Part shown: one piece after another, positions 29,473 to 38,803 of the stretch | How the letters are laid out: each line of letters begins with the position of its first letter | Numbering within the stretch: position 1 is the stretch's first letter | NCBI GenBank assembly: GCA_965219955.1 | Contig: OZ244799.1 | Coordinates: forward strand, 928,001 to 992,000 | Length of the DNA stretch: 64,000 nt | Source of the DNA: a bacterium | GTDB taxonomy: Bacteria; UBA8248 | Direction of reading: 5' to 3' | Program-made: the position numbers and the translations under genes | The notes under the pieces: model-generated | Databases searched by the model: none | What the model was told of the DNA's origin: nothing | The model's input: only the letters and a program-made list of their open reading frames with translations

Positions 29473-30000
29473 AGAGGGGAGGCGAAAGGGGTTGTTGAAA
29501 AACCTCTTGTGAGTCGGGTCAAACGACTCCCTCCTTGAGGGGGCTGTTGAAAGAGCCCCTTATGCGTCCTCCAGAAACCGCCAACGTCTCTGTCCTCACC
29601 CTGAGTAGCCGCCGAAGGCGGCGTATCGAAGGGCGAGGGGCTCGCGCCGTGGCGAGAGCAAACGCTCATTCATCAATCGCGCTTGACCTTCGATACGCGG
29701 CTCCGCCGCTACTCAGGATGAGGAGTGTCGGGGAACGGCGGAGCCTGCCCGAGCGAAGTCGAGGGGCCGCTACTCAGGATGAAGCGGTGCGGTTTTGTTC
29801 GTCATTCCGGCGAAAGCCGGAATCCATTTGCGGGTGAGGGTGAATGAACCGCGGCATTTGATTCCCCGCCAGTGTGCGGGAGCCCTGACGAAAAGCAAAA
29901 GGCGAAAAATGGATTCCGGCTTTCGCCGGAATGACGGCGGTAGTCAGTTCCGAACGAGGAGGGGTTTTTCAACAACCCCGAAAGCCTCCTCTTTCCTTTT
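29473..30000 (+). terminator. Split rho-independent terminator/attenuator between livK and livH
   Basis: Removing the MITE and one GAAA leaves AGAGGGGAGGC-GAAA-GCCTCCTCTTT-CCTTTT: an 11-bp stem with two G-U pairs and a T-rich tail. Confidence 0.65.
29488..29979. mobile_element. 492-bp composite MITE inserted in the loop of a terminator hairpin
   Basis: Perfect 17-bp TIR GGGGTTGTTGAAAAACC (29488-29504 / 29963-29979); GAAA duplicated at 29484-29487 and 29980-29983. Contains an inner end (29539), a B pair (29594-29633/29687-29723) and a CGTC pair (29800-29826/29910-29936). Confidence 0.9.
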
Positions 30001-30027
30001 GCCTCATAACCATGTGAAGATTTCTCT

Positions 30028-30933
30028 ATGTTTGCGCAACAGCTGGTGAACGGGCTCGTCGTGGGGGCGGTGTACGCCCTGATCGCCCTGGGCTACACGC
30101 TCGTCTACGGGATTTTGCAGCTCATCAATTTCGCCCACGGCGAAATTTACATGATAGGCGCGTATGTGGGCATCGCCGTCCTGGCGGTGCTGGGGACGAT
30201 GGGCCTCACGCAGACGAGCCTGGCGCTGAGCATCGTTCTCGTCTTTCTCATCCCGATGATCTATTGCGCCGCGTACGGGATCACCCTGGAGCGCGTCGCC
30301 TACCGCCCGCTGCGGGGTGCGCCGAGGCTCTCCCCGCTCATCAGCGCGATCGGCATGAGCCTGTTTCTCCAGAACTACGTGCAGGTCGTGCAGGGAGCGC
30401 GCGACAAGGCGTTTCCCAACCTGCTCGAACTGGGGAGTTTCCAGCTCTTCGGCGCCTACGTGAACGGCCTGCAGATCTTCATCCTCATTCTGGCCCTGGG
30501 CCTCATGGCCGCTCTCCAGTTGTTCATCAAGAAGACGAAGCTCGGCAAGGCCATGCGCGCCACCGCGCAGGACAGGACGATGGCCTCGCTCGTCGGGGTG
30601 AACGTGAACCGGGTGATCGCGGTCACGTTCGCCATCGGCTCCGTGCTGGCCGCCGTGGCCGGCGTGATGGTGGGCATGTACTACGGAATCGTGAACCACC
30701 ACATCGGCTTCGTCGCGGGCATGAAGGCGTTCACCGCGGCCGTCCTGGGCGGTATCGGCAACGTGACGGGCGCGTTCCTGGGCGGCTTTCTGCTGGCGCT
30801 TCTGGAGAGTTTCTGGGCGGGGTACGTCTCCGCGATCTACAAGGACGTGTTCGCGTTCATGGTGCTGGTCGTCGTACTCATCTTCCGGCCCCAGGGCATC
30901 CTGGGCGGCTCCGGCGAGGCGGACAGAACATGA
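30028..30933 (+). CDS. livH: Branched-chain amino acid ABC transporter permease
   Basis: YALIALGYTLVYG..INFAHGE, KAFTAAVLGGIG, RPQGILG. Confidence 0.93.
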   Translation: MFAQQLVNGLVVGAVYALIALGYTLVYGILQLINFAHGEIYMIGAYVGIAVLAVLGTMGLTQTSLALSIVLVFLIPMIYCAAYGITLERVAYRPLRGAPRLSPLISAIGMSLFLQNYVQVVQGARDKAFPNLLELGSFQLFGAYVNGLQIFILILALGLMAALQLFIKKTKLGKAMRATAQDRTMASLVGVNVNRVIAVTFAIGSVLAAVAGVMVGMYYGIVNHHIGFVAGMKAFTAAVLGGIGNVTGAFLGGFLLALLESFWAGYVSAIYKDVFAFMVLVVVLIFRPQGILGGSGEADRT

Positions 30934-32114
30934 GCGCATACGCGAGGGTCCCGCTCATCGGCCTTTGGTTCGCCTTCCTGGCGTTGCCTCTTGCGGGATG
31001 GAAGAGGAGCCTCTGGATTGGGCTGGGCTGCGCCCTGGTTGTCCTGGTCGTGAGCCTCGCGCGGGCGAGCGTGCAGTCGGGCTTGCTGGCGGGGCCCGCT
31101 GCCCGGGTGAAGGAGAAGTTCGTATCCGCCTGGGGCTTCATCGAGGAGAAATCCTACGACAAGCGATATTTCAGCCTGTTCCTGCTTCTCATCATCGCGC
31201 TTCCCTGGACGCTCGATCGCTATTCCACCGACGTGCTCGTCATCACCGGCATCTACATCATGCTCGCACTGGGGCTGAACGTCGTGGTCGGCTTCGCCGG
31301 TCTCCTGGACCTGGGCTACGTGGCCTTCTACGCCGTGGGGGCGTATTCCTACGCGCTTCTGAACAGTTGGTACGGGCTCTCCTTCTGGCCGGCCCTGGGG
31401 GTGGGCGTGGCCAGTTCCGCCCTGTTCGGGATCATTCTGGGGATCCCCGTGCTGAGGCTCCGGGGCGATTATCTCGCCATCGTCACGCTCGGCTTCGGCG
31501 AGATCATCCGCCTCGTTCTCAACAACTGGGACAACGTGACCCAGGGTCCGAACGGCATCCTGGGCATCGGACGCCCCTATCTGGGCGAGATGCGCCTCTA
31601 CAAGCCCATGCACTTCTACTACCTCGTGGTCGTCTTGTGCATCGTGACCATCTTCATCGTGAACCGGCTCGACAGGAGCCGCCTGGGCCGCGCCTGGGCG
31701 GCCATGCGCGAGGACGAGACGGTGGCCGAGTGCATGGGCATCAACATCGTCTACACGAAGCTCTCCGCCTTCGCCTTCGGCGCCGCCTGGGCCGGGTTCG
31801 GAGGCGTCGTCTTCGCCGCGAAGCAGACGTTCATCTCGCCGGAGAGTTTTACGTTTTTTGAATCCGTCATCATCCTGTGCATGGTGGTGCTGGGCGGCAT
31901 GGCGAGCATTCCGGGCGTCATGCTCGGCGCGTTCATCCTCACCGTGCTGCCCGAGGCGCTCAGGGAACTCACGCTTTTCCGGCCCATGCTCCTGGGCGGC
32001 GCCATGGTGCTCATGATGGTGCTGAAGCCCCAGGGACTGCTGCAGGCCAGGGGACAGCGCCATCATCTTGAACGCGGCGGTGAACCAGAAAGCCGGGTGG
32101 GGGCGGGGCGATGA
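30930..32114 (+). CDS. livM: Branched-chain amino acid ABC transporter permease
   Basis: LALGLNVVVGFAGLLDLGY, LRLRGDYLAIVTLGFGE. Confidence 0.93.
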   Translation: MSAYARVPLIGLWFAFLALPLAGWKRSLWIGLGCALVVLVVSLARASVQSGLLAGPAARVKEKFVSAWGFIEEKSYDKRYFSLFLLLIIALPWTLDRYSTDVLVITGIYIMLALGLNVVVGFAGLLDLGYVAFYAVGAYSYALLNSWYGLSFWPALGVGVASSALFGIILGIPVLRLRGDYLAIVTLGFGEIIRLVLNNWDNVTQGPNGILGIGRPYLGEMRLYKPMHFYYLVVVLCIVTIFIVNRLDRSRLGRAWAAMREDETVAECMGINIVYTKLSAFAFGAAWAGFGGVVFAAKQTFISPESFTFFESVIILCMVVLGGMASIPGVMLGAFILTVLPEALRELTLFRPMLLGGAMVLMMVLKPQGLLQARGQRHHLERGGEPESRVGAGR

Positions 32115-32887
32115 ACGCAAAAGTGCGTCTTTTGCTGCTCAAAAATCTCACGCGGCGTTTCGGCGGCGTGGTGGCGCTCGATTCTCTGGACCTGAACGTG
32201 CACGAGGGCGAGGTGTTAGGCCTCATCGGCCCGAACGGCGCCGGCAAGACGACGGCCTTCAACGTGGTGACGGGCCTCTACGCGCCCACCGGGGGCGACG
32301 TCATATTCAAGGGCAAAAACCTCGTGGGGCTCAAGCCCAGCGCCGTCACGAGCCGTGGCATCGCGCGCACGTTCCAGAACATCCGCCTGTTCCGGGGGAT
32401 GACGGTGCTGGAAAACGTCCTCGTCGGACGCCACTGCAAGATGCGCACCGGCCCTGTCGGCGCGATTTTCAGGCTCCCCGGAATGGTGGCCGAGGAGCGT
32501 CAGGCGGTGGCCGATGCCATGGAACTGCTCGAGTTCACGGGCATCGGCGCCTACGCCTCGGGCATGGCGGAGACGCTCTCCTACGGGGATCAGAGAAGGC
32601 TCGAGATCGCCCGCGCCCTCGCGAGCGAGCCCAGCCTCTTGCTGCTCGACGAGCCCGCCGCCGGCATGAACCCGCGCGAGAAGGGCGTGTTGAACGAGTT
32701 GATCCTGGCGATCCGCGATCGCGGCGTCACCATCTTGCTGATTGAACACGACATGAAGGTGGTCATGGGCATCTCGGATCGCGTGGTCGTTCTCGATCAC
32801 GGGGAGAAGATTGCGGACGGAACCCCCGCCGAGGTGCGGCGCGACCCCAAGGTGCTGGAAGCCTATCTGGGGACTTCCGATGCTTGA
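32111..32887 (+). CDS. livG: Branched-chain amino acid ABC transporter ATP-binding protein
   Basis: GPNGAGKTT, ARTFQN, LDEPAAG, IEHDM. Confidence 0.93.
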   Translation: MNAKVRLLLLKNLTRRFGGVVALDSLDLNVHEGEVLGLIGPNGAGKTTAFNVVTGLYAPTGGDVIFKGKNLVGLKPSAVTSRGIARTFQNIRLFRGMTVLENVLVGRHCKMRTGPVGAIFRLPGMVAEERQAVADAMELLEFTGIGAYASGMAETLSYGDQRRLEIARALASEPSLLLLDEPAAGMNPREKGVLNELILAIRDRGVTILLIEHDMKVVMGISDRVVVLDHGEKIADGTPAEVRRDPKVLEAYLGTSDA

Positions 32888-33584
32888 ACTAAGGGATGTT
32901 CATTTCCACTACGGCCACATCCATGCGCTCCAGGGCGTGTCGCTGGAGGTGCGCTCGGGGCAGGTGGTCTGTCTCATCGGCAGCAACGGGGCGGGGAAAT
33001 CCTCCACCCTCATGGCGATCAGCGGCGTCAACGCCGTCTCCCGGGGCGAGATACTCCTGGAGGGCGAGGCCATCCACGCCCGGGAGCCGGACGACATCGT
33101 GAGGCGCGGCATCTGCCAGGTGCCCGAGGGCAGGCGCATCTTCCCGCACCTGACCGTGCTCGAAAACCTGGAGATGGGCGCTTTTTTGAGGAACGACGCC
33201 GGGGGCGTGAGAGAAGACCTCGACTACGTCTGCTCCCTGTTTCCGGTGCTGCACGAGCGGCGCGCCCAGAGGGGCGGCACGCTCTCGGGCGGGGAGCAGC
33301 AGATGCTGGCCATCGCGCGCGCCCTGATGTCGCGGCCCAGGCTCCTCCTGCTCGATGAACCCTCTCTCGGCCTCGCGCCCCGGATCATCGAGACCATCTT
33401 CGAGGTTCTGGCGCGGATTCGCGACGAGGGGACGGGCATTTTTCTCGTCGAGCAGAACGCGCACCTGGCGCTCAATTTCTCGGACTGGGCCTACGTGATG
33501 GAGACGGGGCGCATCGTCATGGGCGATGAACCCGGCGTCCTGCGCGATTCGCCCGCCGTCCGCGAAGCCTACCTGGGCGAATAG
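32880..33584 (+). CDS. livF: Branched-chain amino acid ABC transporter ATP-binding protein
   Basis: GSNGAGKS, VPEGR, LSGGEQQM, LDEPSLGLAP. Confidence 0.93.
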   Translation: MLELRDVHFHYGHIHALQGVSLEVRSGQVVCLIGSNGAGKSSTLMAISGVNAVSRGEILLEGEAIHAREPDDIVRRGICQVPEGRRIFPHLTVLENLEMGAFLRNDAGGVREDLDYVCSLFPVLHERRAQRGGTLSGGEQQMLAIARALMSRPRLLLLDEPSLGLAPRIIETIFEVLARIRDEGTGIFLVEQNAHLALNFSDWAYVMETGRIVMGDEPGVLRDSPAVREAYLGE

Positions 33585-33608
33585 GGAGGCTTTTCCGATC
33601 GCGCTTCC

Positions 33609-34008
33609 GGGGTTTGCTGAGAAAAATCCTGATTTCGTGATTCGATGTATCGAACCGACCGGAGAGGCGGGTTCGTAGGGGCGGCCCTGTGTGGCCGCCC
33701 AGCCCCCTGTGGTTGTCCCGCGCAGAACAGGGCACCGGACAGGCTCTTCCATTGCAGGGTGCCAAGCAAGCACTTCCCGCTCGAGAGGGTTGTTGAAAAA
33801 CCCCCGTCTTCGACCCCTGCAAACCCCCAACGCCTCTTTCCTCACCCTGAGTAGCCGCCGAAGGCGGCGTATCGAAGGGCGAGGGGAGTCGAACGCCTCG
33901 CGCCGGGGCGTGAGGACATCCTTCGATACGCGGCTTCGCCGCTACTCAGGATGAGGCGGTCGGGGAGGCCCTGCGCACCGAATCACGAAGTCAGGGCCTT
34001 TCAGCAGC
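33609..34008. mobile_element. Nested composite MITE/REP cluster
   Basis: Outer inverted repeat CCTGA(T/C)TTCGTGATTCG (33628-33644 / 33979-33995) next to degenerate GCTGA..AAA ends; GTAG palindrome 33675-33700; inner end GAGGGTTGTTGAAAAACCCC 33785-33804; B pair 33840-33879/33918-33956. Confidence 0.75.
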
Positions 34009-34147
34009 TACGAATTGAAGTGCTTCCCGATCGCTCGGGCTGAGCCCGTCTGGGCGAATAAAGCCCTCGCCTCCTTGCCCGCCCGCGCGCTTCGGCCTAC
34101 ACTTCGGGGCGTATCCCTTTTCAACAACCATCCTGGAGGAAAGTTGC

Positions 34148-34762
34148 ATGATCTACGAGATGCGCACTTACCGGCTCACCGTCGGCGGCGTGGACGAGTT
34201 CGAGGAGAATTTCGCTAAAGTCATCGACAAGAGGAACGAAGTTTCTCCGATCATGGGGTTCTTCCATACCGAAGTCGGGGACCTGAACCGCATCAGGCAC
34301 ATCTGGCAGTACGAGAGCCTGGACCACCGCGCCGAGGTGCGCGCGAAGACGATGTCGATGGACTGGTGGCCGCCGCCCAACGGGCATCTCATTCTCGAGC
34401 AGGAGAGCGTGGTCATGGCGGCGCCCCCGTTCCGGCCCGAACCGCGCCTGGGAGCCTACGGCGGCGTATATGAGTTCAGAACCTACACCGTGCAGCCCGG
34501 CAAGACGGGAGAGGTCCTGAGCCGCTGGAGCGAGCACATCGCGGCGCGGGAAGAGCTCTCCCCGCTGGCGGCGCTTTTCATGACGGACGTGGGGCCGCTC
34601 AACCAGTGGATTCACGTCTGGGCGTATGAGGACATGAACCACCGCGCCGAGATCCGCAAGAAAGCGCATGAGCTTCCGAACTGGCCTCCGGGCTCGCGTC
34701 CGTTCCTGGACGCGCAGAATTCGGAAATCTGGGTGCCCTCTTCGTTCTCACCCATGCACTAG
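34148..34762 (+). CDS. NIPSNAP family protein (two tandem domains)
   Basis: YEMRTY...EVGDLN..HIWQY, repeated as YEFRTY...DVGPLN..HVWAY. Confidence 0.9.
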   Translation: MIYEMRTYRLTVGGVDEFEENFAKVIDKRNEVSPIMGFFHTEVGDLNRIRHIWQYESLDHRAEVRAKTMSMDWWPPPNGHLILEQESVVMAAPPFRPEPRLGAYGGVYEFRTYTVQPGKTGEVLSRWSEHIAAREELSPLAALFMTDVGPLNQWIHVWAYEDMNHRAEIRKKAHELPNWPPGSRPFLDAQNSEIWVPSSFSPMH

Positions 34763-34772
34763 GCGGCAAGCG

Positions 34773-35579
34773 CTACCCCGCAGCGAACAGGTAGAGCAGG
34801 GCCAGTGCGCCCGCGCCCCAGCAGTAGTAGCGAAAGCGCGCCAGGTTGCCGCCCCGCACGAGGCGGATGAGCCAGCCCAGGGCGACTGTCCCCACGATGG
34901 CCGCTGCGAGCGCGCCGACGGCGTAGGGGAGCAGTTTGGCGCCGAGCGGACCTTCCAGGTCTTTTATCTTGAGCGCGAATGCGCCCAGGATCGCGGGCAC
35001 CGATAACAGGAAGCTGAAGCGCGCGGCCTGCTCGCGCGCCACGCCGCGCATGAGGGCGGCGGCGATGGTCGCTCCCGAGCGCGAGATGCCCGGAACGATG
35101 GCGAACGCCTGAAAGACGCCGATGACGAGGGCGTCTTTGGCCGTCATCTCGGCTTCTCCCCGGCCCGCGCCCTCCCGGGGTTCGCCCAGGCATAAAATGC
35201 CGCCCGTCACGAGCAGCGCGCAGGCGGCGAGCCCGGGCGATGCGAACATCTCCTCGACCAGACCACCCAGAAAAACCCCCACGATGCCTGCGGGAACCGA
35301 GCCGAGAATCAGGAGCCAGCCCGTTCTGGCCGCGCCCTCGTCTGAATCTCCGCCCACGAGGGACGAGACCCACCCCCGCGCGATGCGCCAGAGGTCCTTT
35401 CCGTAGAAGACGAGGACGGCGGCGAGCGTGCCGACGTGTAGCAGGACGTCGAAGAGCAACTCGGGCTCTTTCAAGCCCAGAATGCTCTGGCCCAGGACGA
35501 GATGCCCCGAACTGCTCACCGGCAGAAATTCGGTCAAGCCTTGCACGATGCCGAGAATGAGGGCGTGTTCCCAGAGCAT
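34773..35579 (-). CDS. uppP: Undecaprenyl-diphosphate phosphatase
   Basis: QGLTEFLPVSSSGH, PGISRSGAT, ARFSFLL. Confidence 0.96.
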   Translation of the reverse strand: MLWEHALILGIVQGLTEFLPVSSSGHLVLGQSILGLKEPELLFDVLLHVGTLAAVLVFYGKDLWRIARGWVSSLVGGDSDEGAARTGWLLILGSVPAGIVGVFLGGLVEEMFASPGLAACALLVTGGILCLGEPREGAGRGEAEMTAKDALVIGVFQAFAIVPGISRSGATIAAALMRGVAREQAARFSFLLSVPAILGAFALKIKDLEGPLGAKLLPYAVGALAAAIVGTVALGWLIRLVRGGNLARFRYYCWGAGALALLYLFAAG

Positions 35580-35600
35580 ATCAGCCTTCCGCAGGATGCT

Positions 35601-36716
35601 TCATTGAAATCTGGCGTTGCCGCGCCCGAGATTCTTGACCATCTCGCCGATTTTTTCCGCGTTCTCGGCCGAACAGATGAGCAGCGCGTCGTCCGTCTCG
35701 ACGATGATGACGTCCTCGACCCCGACCGCTGCGACGAATTTCTTGTTCGAGCGGACGATGAGGTTTTTCGCGTCGATGGATTCGGTCCTGCCCCCTTTGG
35801 GCAGCATCCAGACGTTGCCGGCCTCATCGCGCGGCAATGCGCCTCGCAGAGCCGGCCACGTGCCCAGATCGTTCCAGCCGACGTCGGCCGGCAAGACGAT
35901 GAGCTTGCGCGTTTTCTCCATCACCGCATGATCGATGCTGATGGATTCGCACTTCGCCCACAATTTCGCGAAAGCGGCGTCGTCGCGCTTCTCCTGTGCG
36001 GACCCCGCCCGGCTCAAAAGTTCGCTCAGCCGGGGCTGGTGGGCATCGAGTTCTTCGATCAGGCGGGCGGCCCGTGAGATGAAAATACCGGTGTTCCAGT
36101 AATGTTTCCCGGAGGCCGCATACCGCTTTGCCCGTGCGAGCGGGGGCTTTTCAATAAACCTCTTTGCGCGGAACGCCTCGATTTCTCCTGAAAGCGCGAT
36201 TCGCTCGCCGCGCTCGATGTAGCCGAAGCCGGTCTCGGGCGAGTGCGGCGGCGCCCCGAGTGAGACGATTGAACCATGCTCACGCGCCATGCGCGCGCCC
36301 GCCTTGACGAGTTTTCGGAATTCCCTTGTCTTCGCGATGAACTGGTCTGCGGGCACGGCGCACATCGCAGCGCCCGGCTCGCGCATTTCGATGATGCGGG
36401 CCGCGAGGCCGAGGCAGGGAGCGGTGTTTCGCGGATCCGGCTCATAGACGACGTTGCGTTTGGGGATATCGAGGTTTTTCAGGAATTTCCGGTGCGCCGC
36501 AGAGGCCACGACGAGCGTCCGCTCGGGCGGGGCGAGGCCGCGCACGCGCTTGAGCGTCATTTCGAGCAGCGTGGGGCCGGCCATATTCTGAGGAATCCCT
36601 CCCCCCAAGGGCAAAAATTGCTTGGGCTTCGACTTTCTGCTCACGGGCCAGAAGCGCGTTCCCGAGCCTCCCGCCATGATGACCGCCCACAAGGGGGGCG
36701 TCCTGCGCCGGGTCAC
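35601..36716 (-). CDS. manC: Mannose-1-phosphate guanylyltransferase
   Basis: IMAGGSGTRFWP.SR..PKQF, EP..RNTAP, GFGYI, FIEKP, SIDHAVME, WNDLG. Confidence 0.9.
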   Translation of the reverse strand: MTRRRTPPLWAVIMAGGSGTRFWPVSRKSKPKQFLPLGGGIPQNMAGPTLLEMTLKRVRGLAPPERTLVVASAAHRKFLKNLDIPKRNVVYEPDPRNTAPCLGLAARIIEMREPGAAMCAVPADQFIAKTREFRKLVKAGARMAREHGSIVSLGAPPHSPETGFGYIERGERIALSGEIEAFRAKRFIEKPPLARAKRYAASGKHYWNTGIFISRAARLIEELDAHQPRLSELLSRAGSAQEKRDDAAFAKLWAKCESISIDHAVMEKTRKLIVLPADVGWNDLGTWPALRGALPRDEAGNVWMLPKGGRTESIDAKNLIVRSNKKFVAAVGVEDVIIVETDDALLICSAENAEKIGEMVKNLGRGNARFQ

Positions 36717-37303
36717 TGGAGAAATCCTTTGAACAGGAGAAAACCGCCCAAAAGCAATACGATAAAGAGGATGGTCAATAAATTAAAGTAGCGATCGATG
36801 AAACTTCTTATCGGCGGGCCGAAGCGGTGGATGAGCGCGGCCTCGATGAAAAAGCGCGCCGAGCGGCTTAAAGCCGATGCGATGAGGAAAACGAGGAAAT
36901 CGATTTCGAACGCGCCCGCCGAGATCGTGAACACTTTATAGGGGATCGGCGTGAAGCCTGCGATCCCGACCGCCCAGGCGTCATAGGCGCGGTAGTATTC
37001 CTGAACGACTTGGTATTTGTCCGCCACGCCGTAGAACGCGATGATGGGCTCGCCGACGCTTTTCAGGAGGTAAAAGCCAATAAAATAGCCCAGCGCGCCG
37101 CCCAGCACGGAGGAGGCCGAGCAGACGGCGGCGTAGAGATACGCTCTTTGCGGCCTGGCGAGGGCCAGGGCCATCAGGAGCGGGTCCGGCGGTATGGGGA
37201 AGAAGACGGATTCCGTCGCCGATACGACGATGAGGACGGGCAGGGCGTAGCGCGAATCCGCCCAGCTCAGCACCCACTCGTAGAGCGCGCGGAGGCTACG
37301 CAT
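36713..37303 (-). CDS. YqaA/DedA (SNARE-associated) family membrane protein
   Basis: ESVFFPIPPD, GFTPIPYKVFTI. Confidence 0.9.
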   Translation of the reverse strand: MRSLRALYEWVLSWADSRYALPVLIVVSATESVFFPIPPDPLLMALALARPQRAYLYAAVCSASSVLGGALGYFIGFYLLKSVGEPIIAFYGVADKYQVVQEYYRAYDAWAVGIAGFTPIPYKVFTISAGAFEIDFLVFLIASALSRSARFFIEAALIHRFGPPIRSFIDRYFNLLTILFIVLLLGGFLLFKGFLQ

Positions 37304-38705
37304 CCGGCAGGGAGACGGCGGGGTATTTTTTTATCTCTTCGTATACTTCGCTCTGGTACGCCTGCAGGGAGGGTTCATCGAGCGCCTCGAAACGCATGAC
37401 GAGCACGGGCTGGGTGTTCGAGGCGCGGATGAGGCCCCAGCCTTTTTCGAAGTTGATGCGCGCCCCATCTACTTCAATGGTTTCATAAAGATTCCTAAAG
37501 TGGTTCTTTAAGTCTTCGACGATCTGGAATTTCTCCTCATCCGGACACGCGACCCTGATCTCGGGCGTCGAGACCGAGGTGGGGATTTCAGACACCCGCT
37601 CGGCGAGCGTATCTTCTGAATCGCAAAGAAGGTGCAGGAGCCTGGCGGCGGTGTAGATGGCGTCGTCATAGCCGAGATAGCCGTCCACGAAGAAGATGTG
37701 GCCGGAGAGTTCGCCGCCCAGAGGGGCTTCCTCCTCCAATATCTTGGCGCGCACGAGCGAGTGGCCCGTCGCGCTCATCACCGGACGCCCGCCCATCCGC
37801 TTCACGGCGTCGGCGAGGCGCGAGGAGCATTTTACGTCGAATACGACAGCCTCGCCGGGGCTTCGCGCCAGAATGGGCGCCGCGAGCAGCATGAGCAACT
37901 CATCCCCCCAGATGATTCTGCCCGTGGCGTCCACCGCGCCGATGCGGTCGCCGTCGCCGTCCAGCCCGATGCCCGCCTCTGCGCCCGTTTCCTGGACTTT
38001 CGCTATCAGGGGTACGAGGTTTTCGGGCACCGTGGGGTCGGGGTGGTGGTTGGGATAGGAGGCGTCGGGCTCGGTGAAGAGCTCCACCACCTCGGCGCCG
38101 ATTTTTCTCAACACCTGTGGCGCCACCGTGCCGCCGACCCCGTTCCCCGCATCGACGACCACCTTGACGGGCCGCGAGAGCGCCAGATCCTGAGACGCCC
38201 GCTCGATGTATCGGGGCCTGATGTCGACTTCCGTGAACGCGCCCCGCGCCGCGGAGCGGTGGATCCGGCCCTCTTCGATGATTTTCCGTATCTCCTGGAT
38301 TTCCGCGCCGTGAATCGCCTCGCGCCCCCGGGTGATCTTGAAGCCGTTGAATTCGGGCGGGTTGTGCGAACCCGTGATCTGTACGGCGCCCGCCACGTCC
38401 AGGTGGTGCGTCGCGAAGGAAACCACCGGGGTGGGCACCATGCCGATTCCGATGACGCGGCAGCCTGCGGCGGTGAGACCTTTCTGGAGCGCGTCGTAGA
38501 AATCGGGGGAGGAGAAGCGGTTGTCGCGCCCGACGGCGACGGCGGCCCCCTGCGCGCCGCCCAGGTGCGTGCCGAGAGCGCCGCCGATGGTCTCGACGAT
38601 CCCGGTGGTGAGGTCTTTCTCCACAACGCCGCGAATGTCGTATTCCCTGAAGATCAGCGGGTTGATGCCGGGCACGAGAAGCTCCTGTTCCGGGCGGGTG
38701 CGCAT
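37296..38705 (-). CDS. Phosphomannomutase/phosphoglucomutase (AlgC-like)
   Basis: FREYDIRG, ITGSHNP, DGDGDR, GELSGH, RASNTQP. Confidence 0.95.
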   Translation of the reverse strand: MRTRPEQELLVPGINPLIFREYDIRGVVEKDLTTGIVETIGGALGTHLGGAQGAAVAVGRDNRFSSPDFYDALQKGLTAAGCRVIGIGMVPTPVVSFATHHLDVAGAVQITGSHNPPEFNGFKITRGREAIHGAEIQEIRKIIEEGRIHRSAARGAFTEVDIRPRYIERASQDLALSRPVKVVVDAGNGVGGTVAPQVLRKIGAEVVELFTEPDASYPNHHPDPTVPENLVPLIAKVQETGAEAGIGLDGDGDRIGAVDATGRIIWGDELLMLLAAPILARSPGEAVVFDVKCSSRLADAVKRMGGRPVMSATGHSLVRAKILEEEAPLGGELSGHIFFVDGYLGYDDAIYTAARLLHLLCDSEDTLAERVSEIPTSVSTPEIRVACPDEEKFQIVEDLKNHFRNLYETIEVDGARINFEKGWGLIRASNTQPVLVMRFEALDEPSLQAYQSEVYEEIKKYPAVSLPDA

Positions 38706-38773
38706 TTCCCAAAAGCGGGCGAATTATTGCACCCCCTTCTTCGCCGGGCAACCTCATTTTTCCATCCCGCCCT

Positions 38774-38803
38774 TTGTTCTTCTCCATCGTGAGGGGGTAT
38801 AAT
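38774..38803 (+). promoter_or_regulatory. Putative sigma70 promoter upstream of the acyltransferase operon
   Basis: TTGTTC-N18-TATAAT in the divergent intergenic region. Confidence 0.5.
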
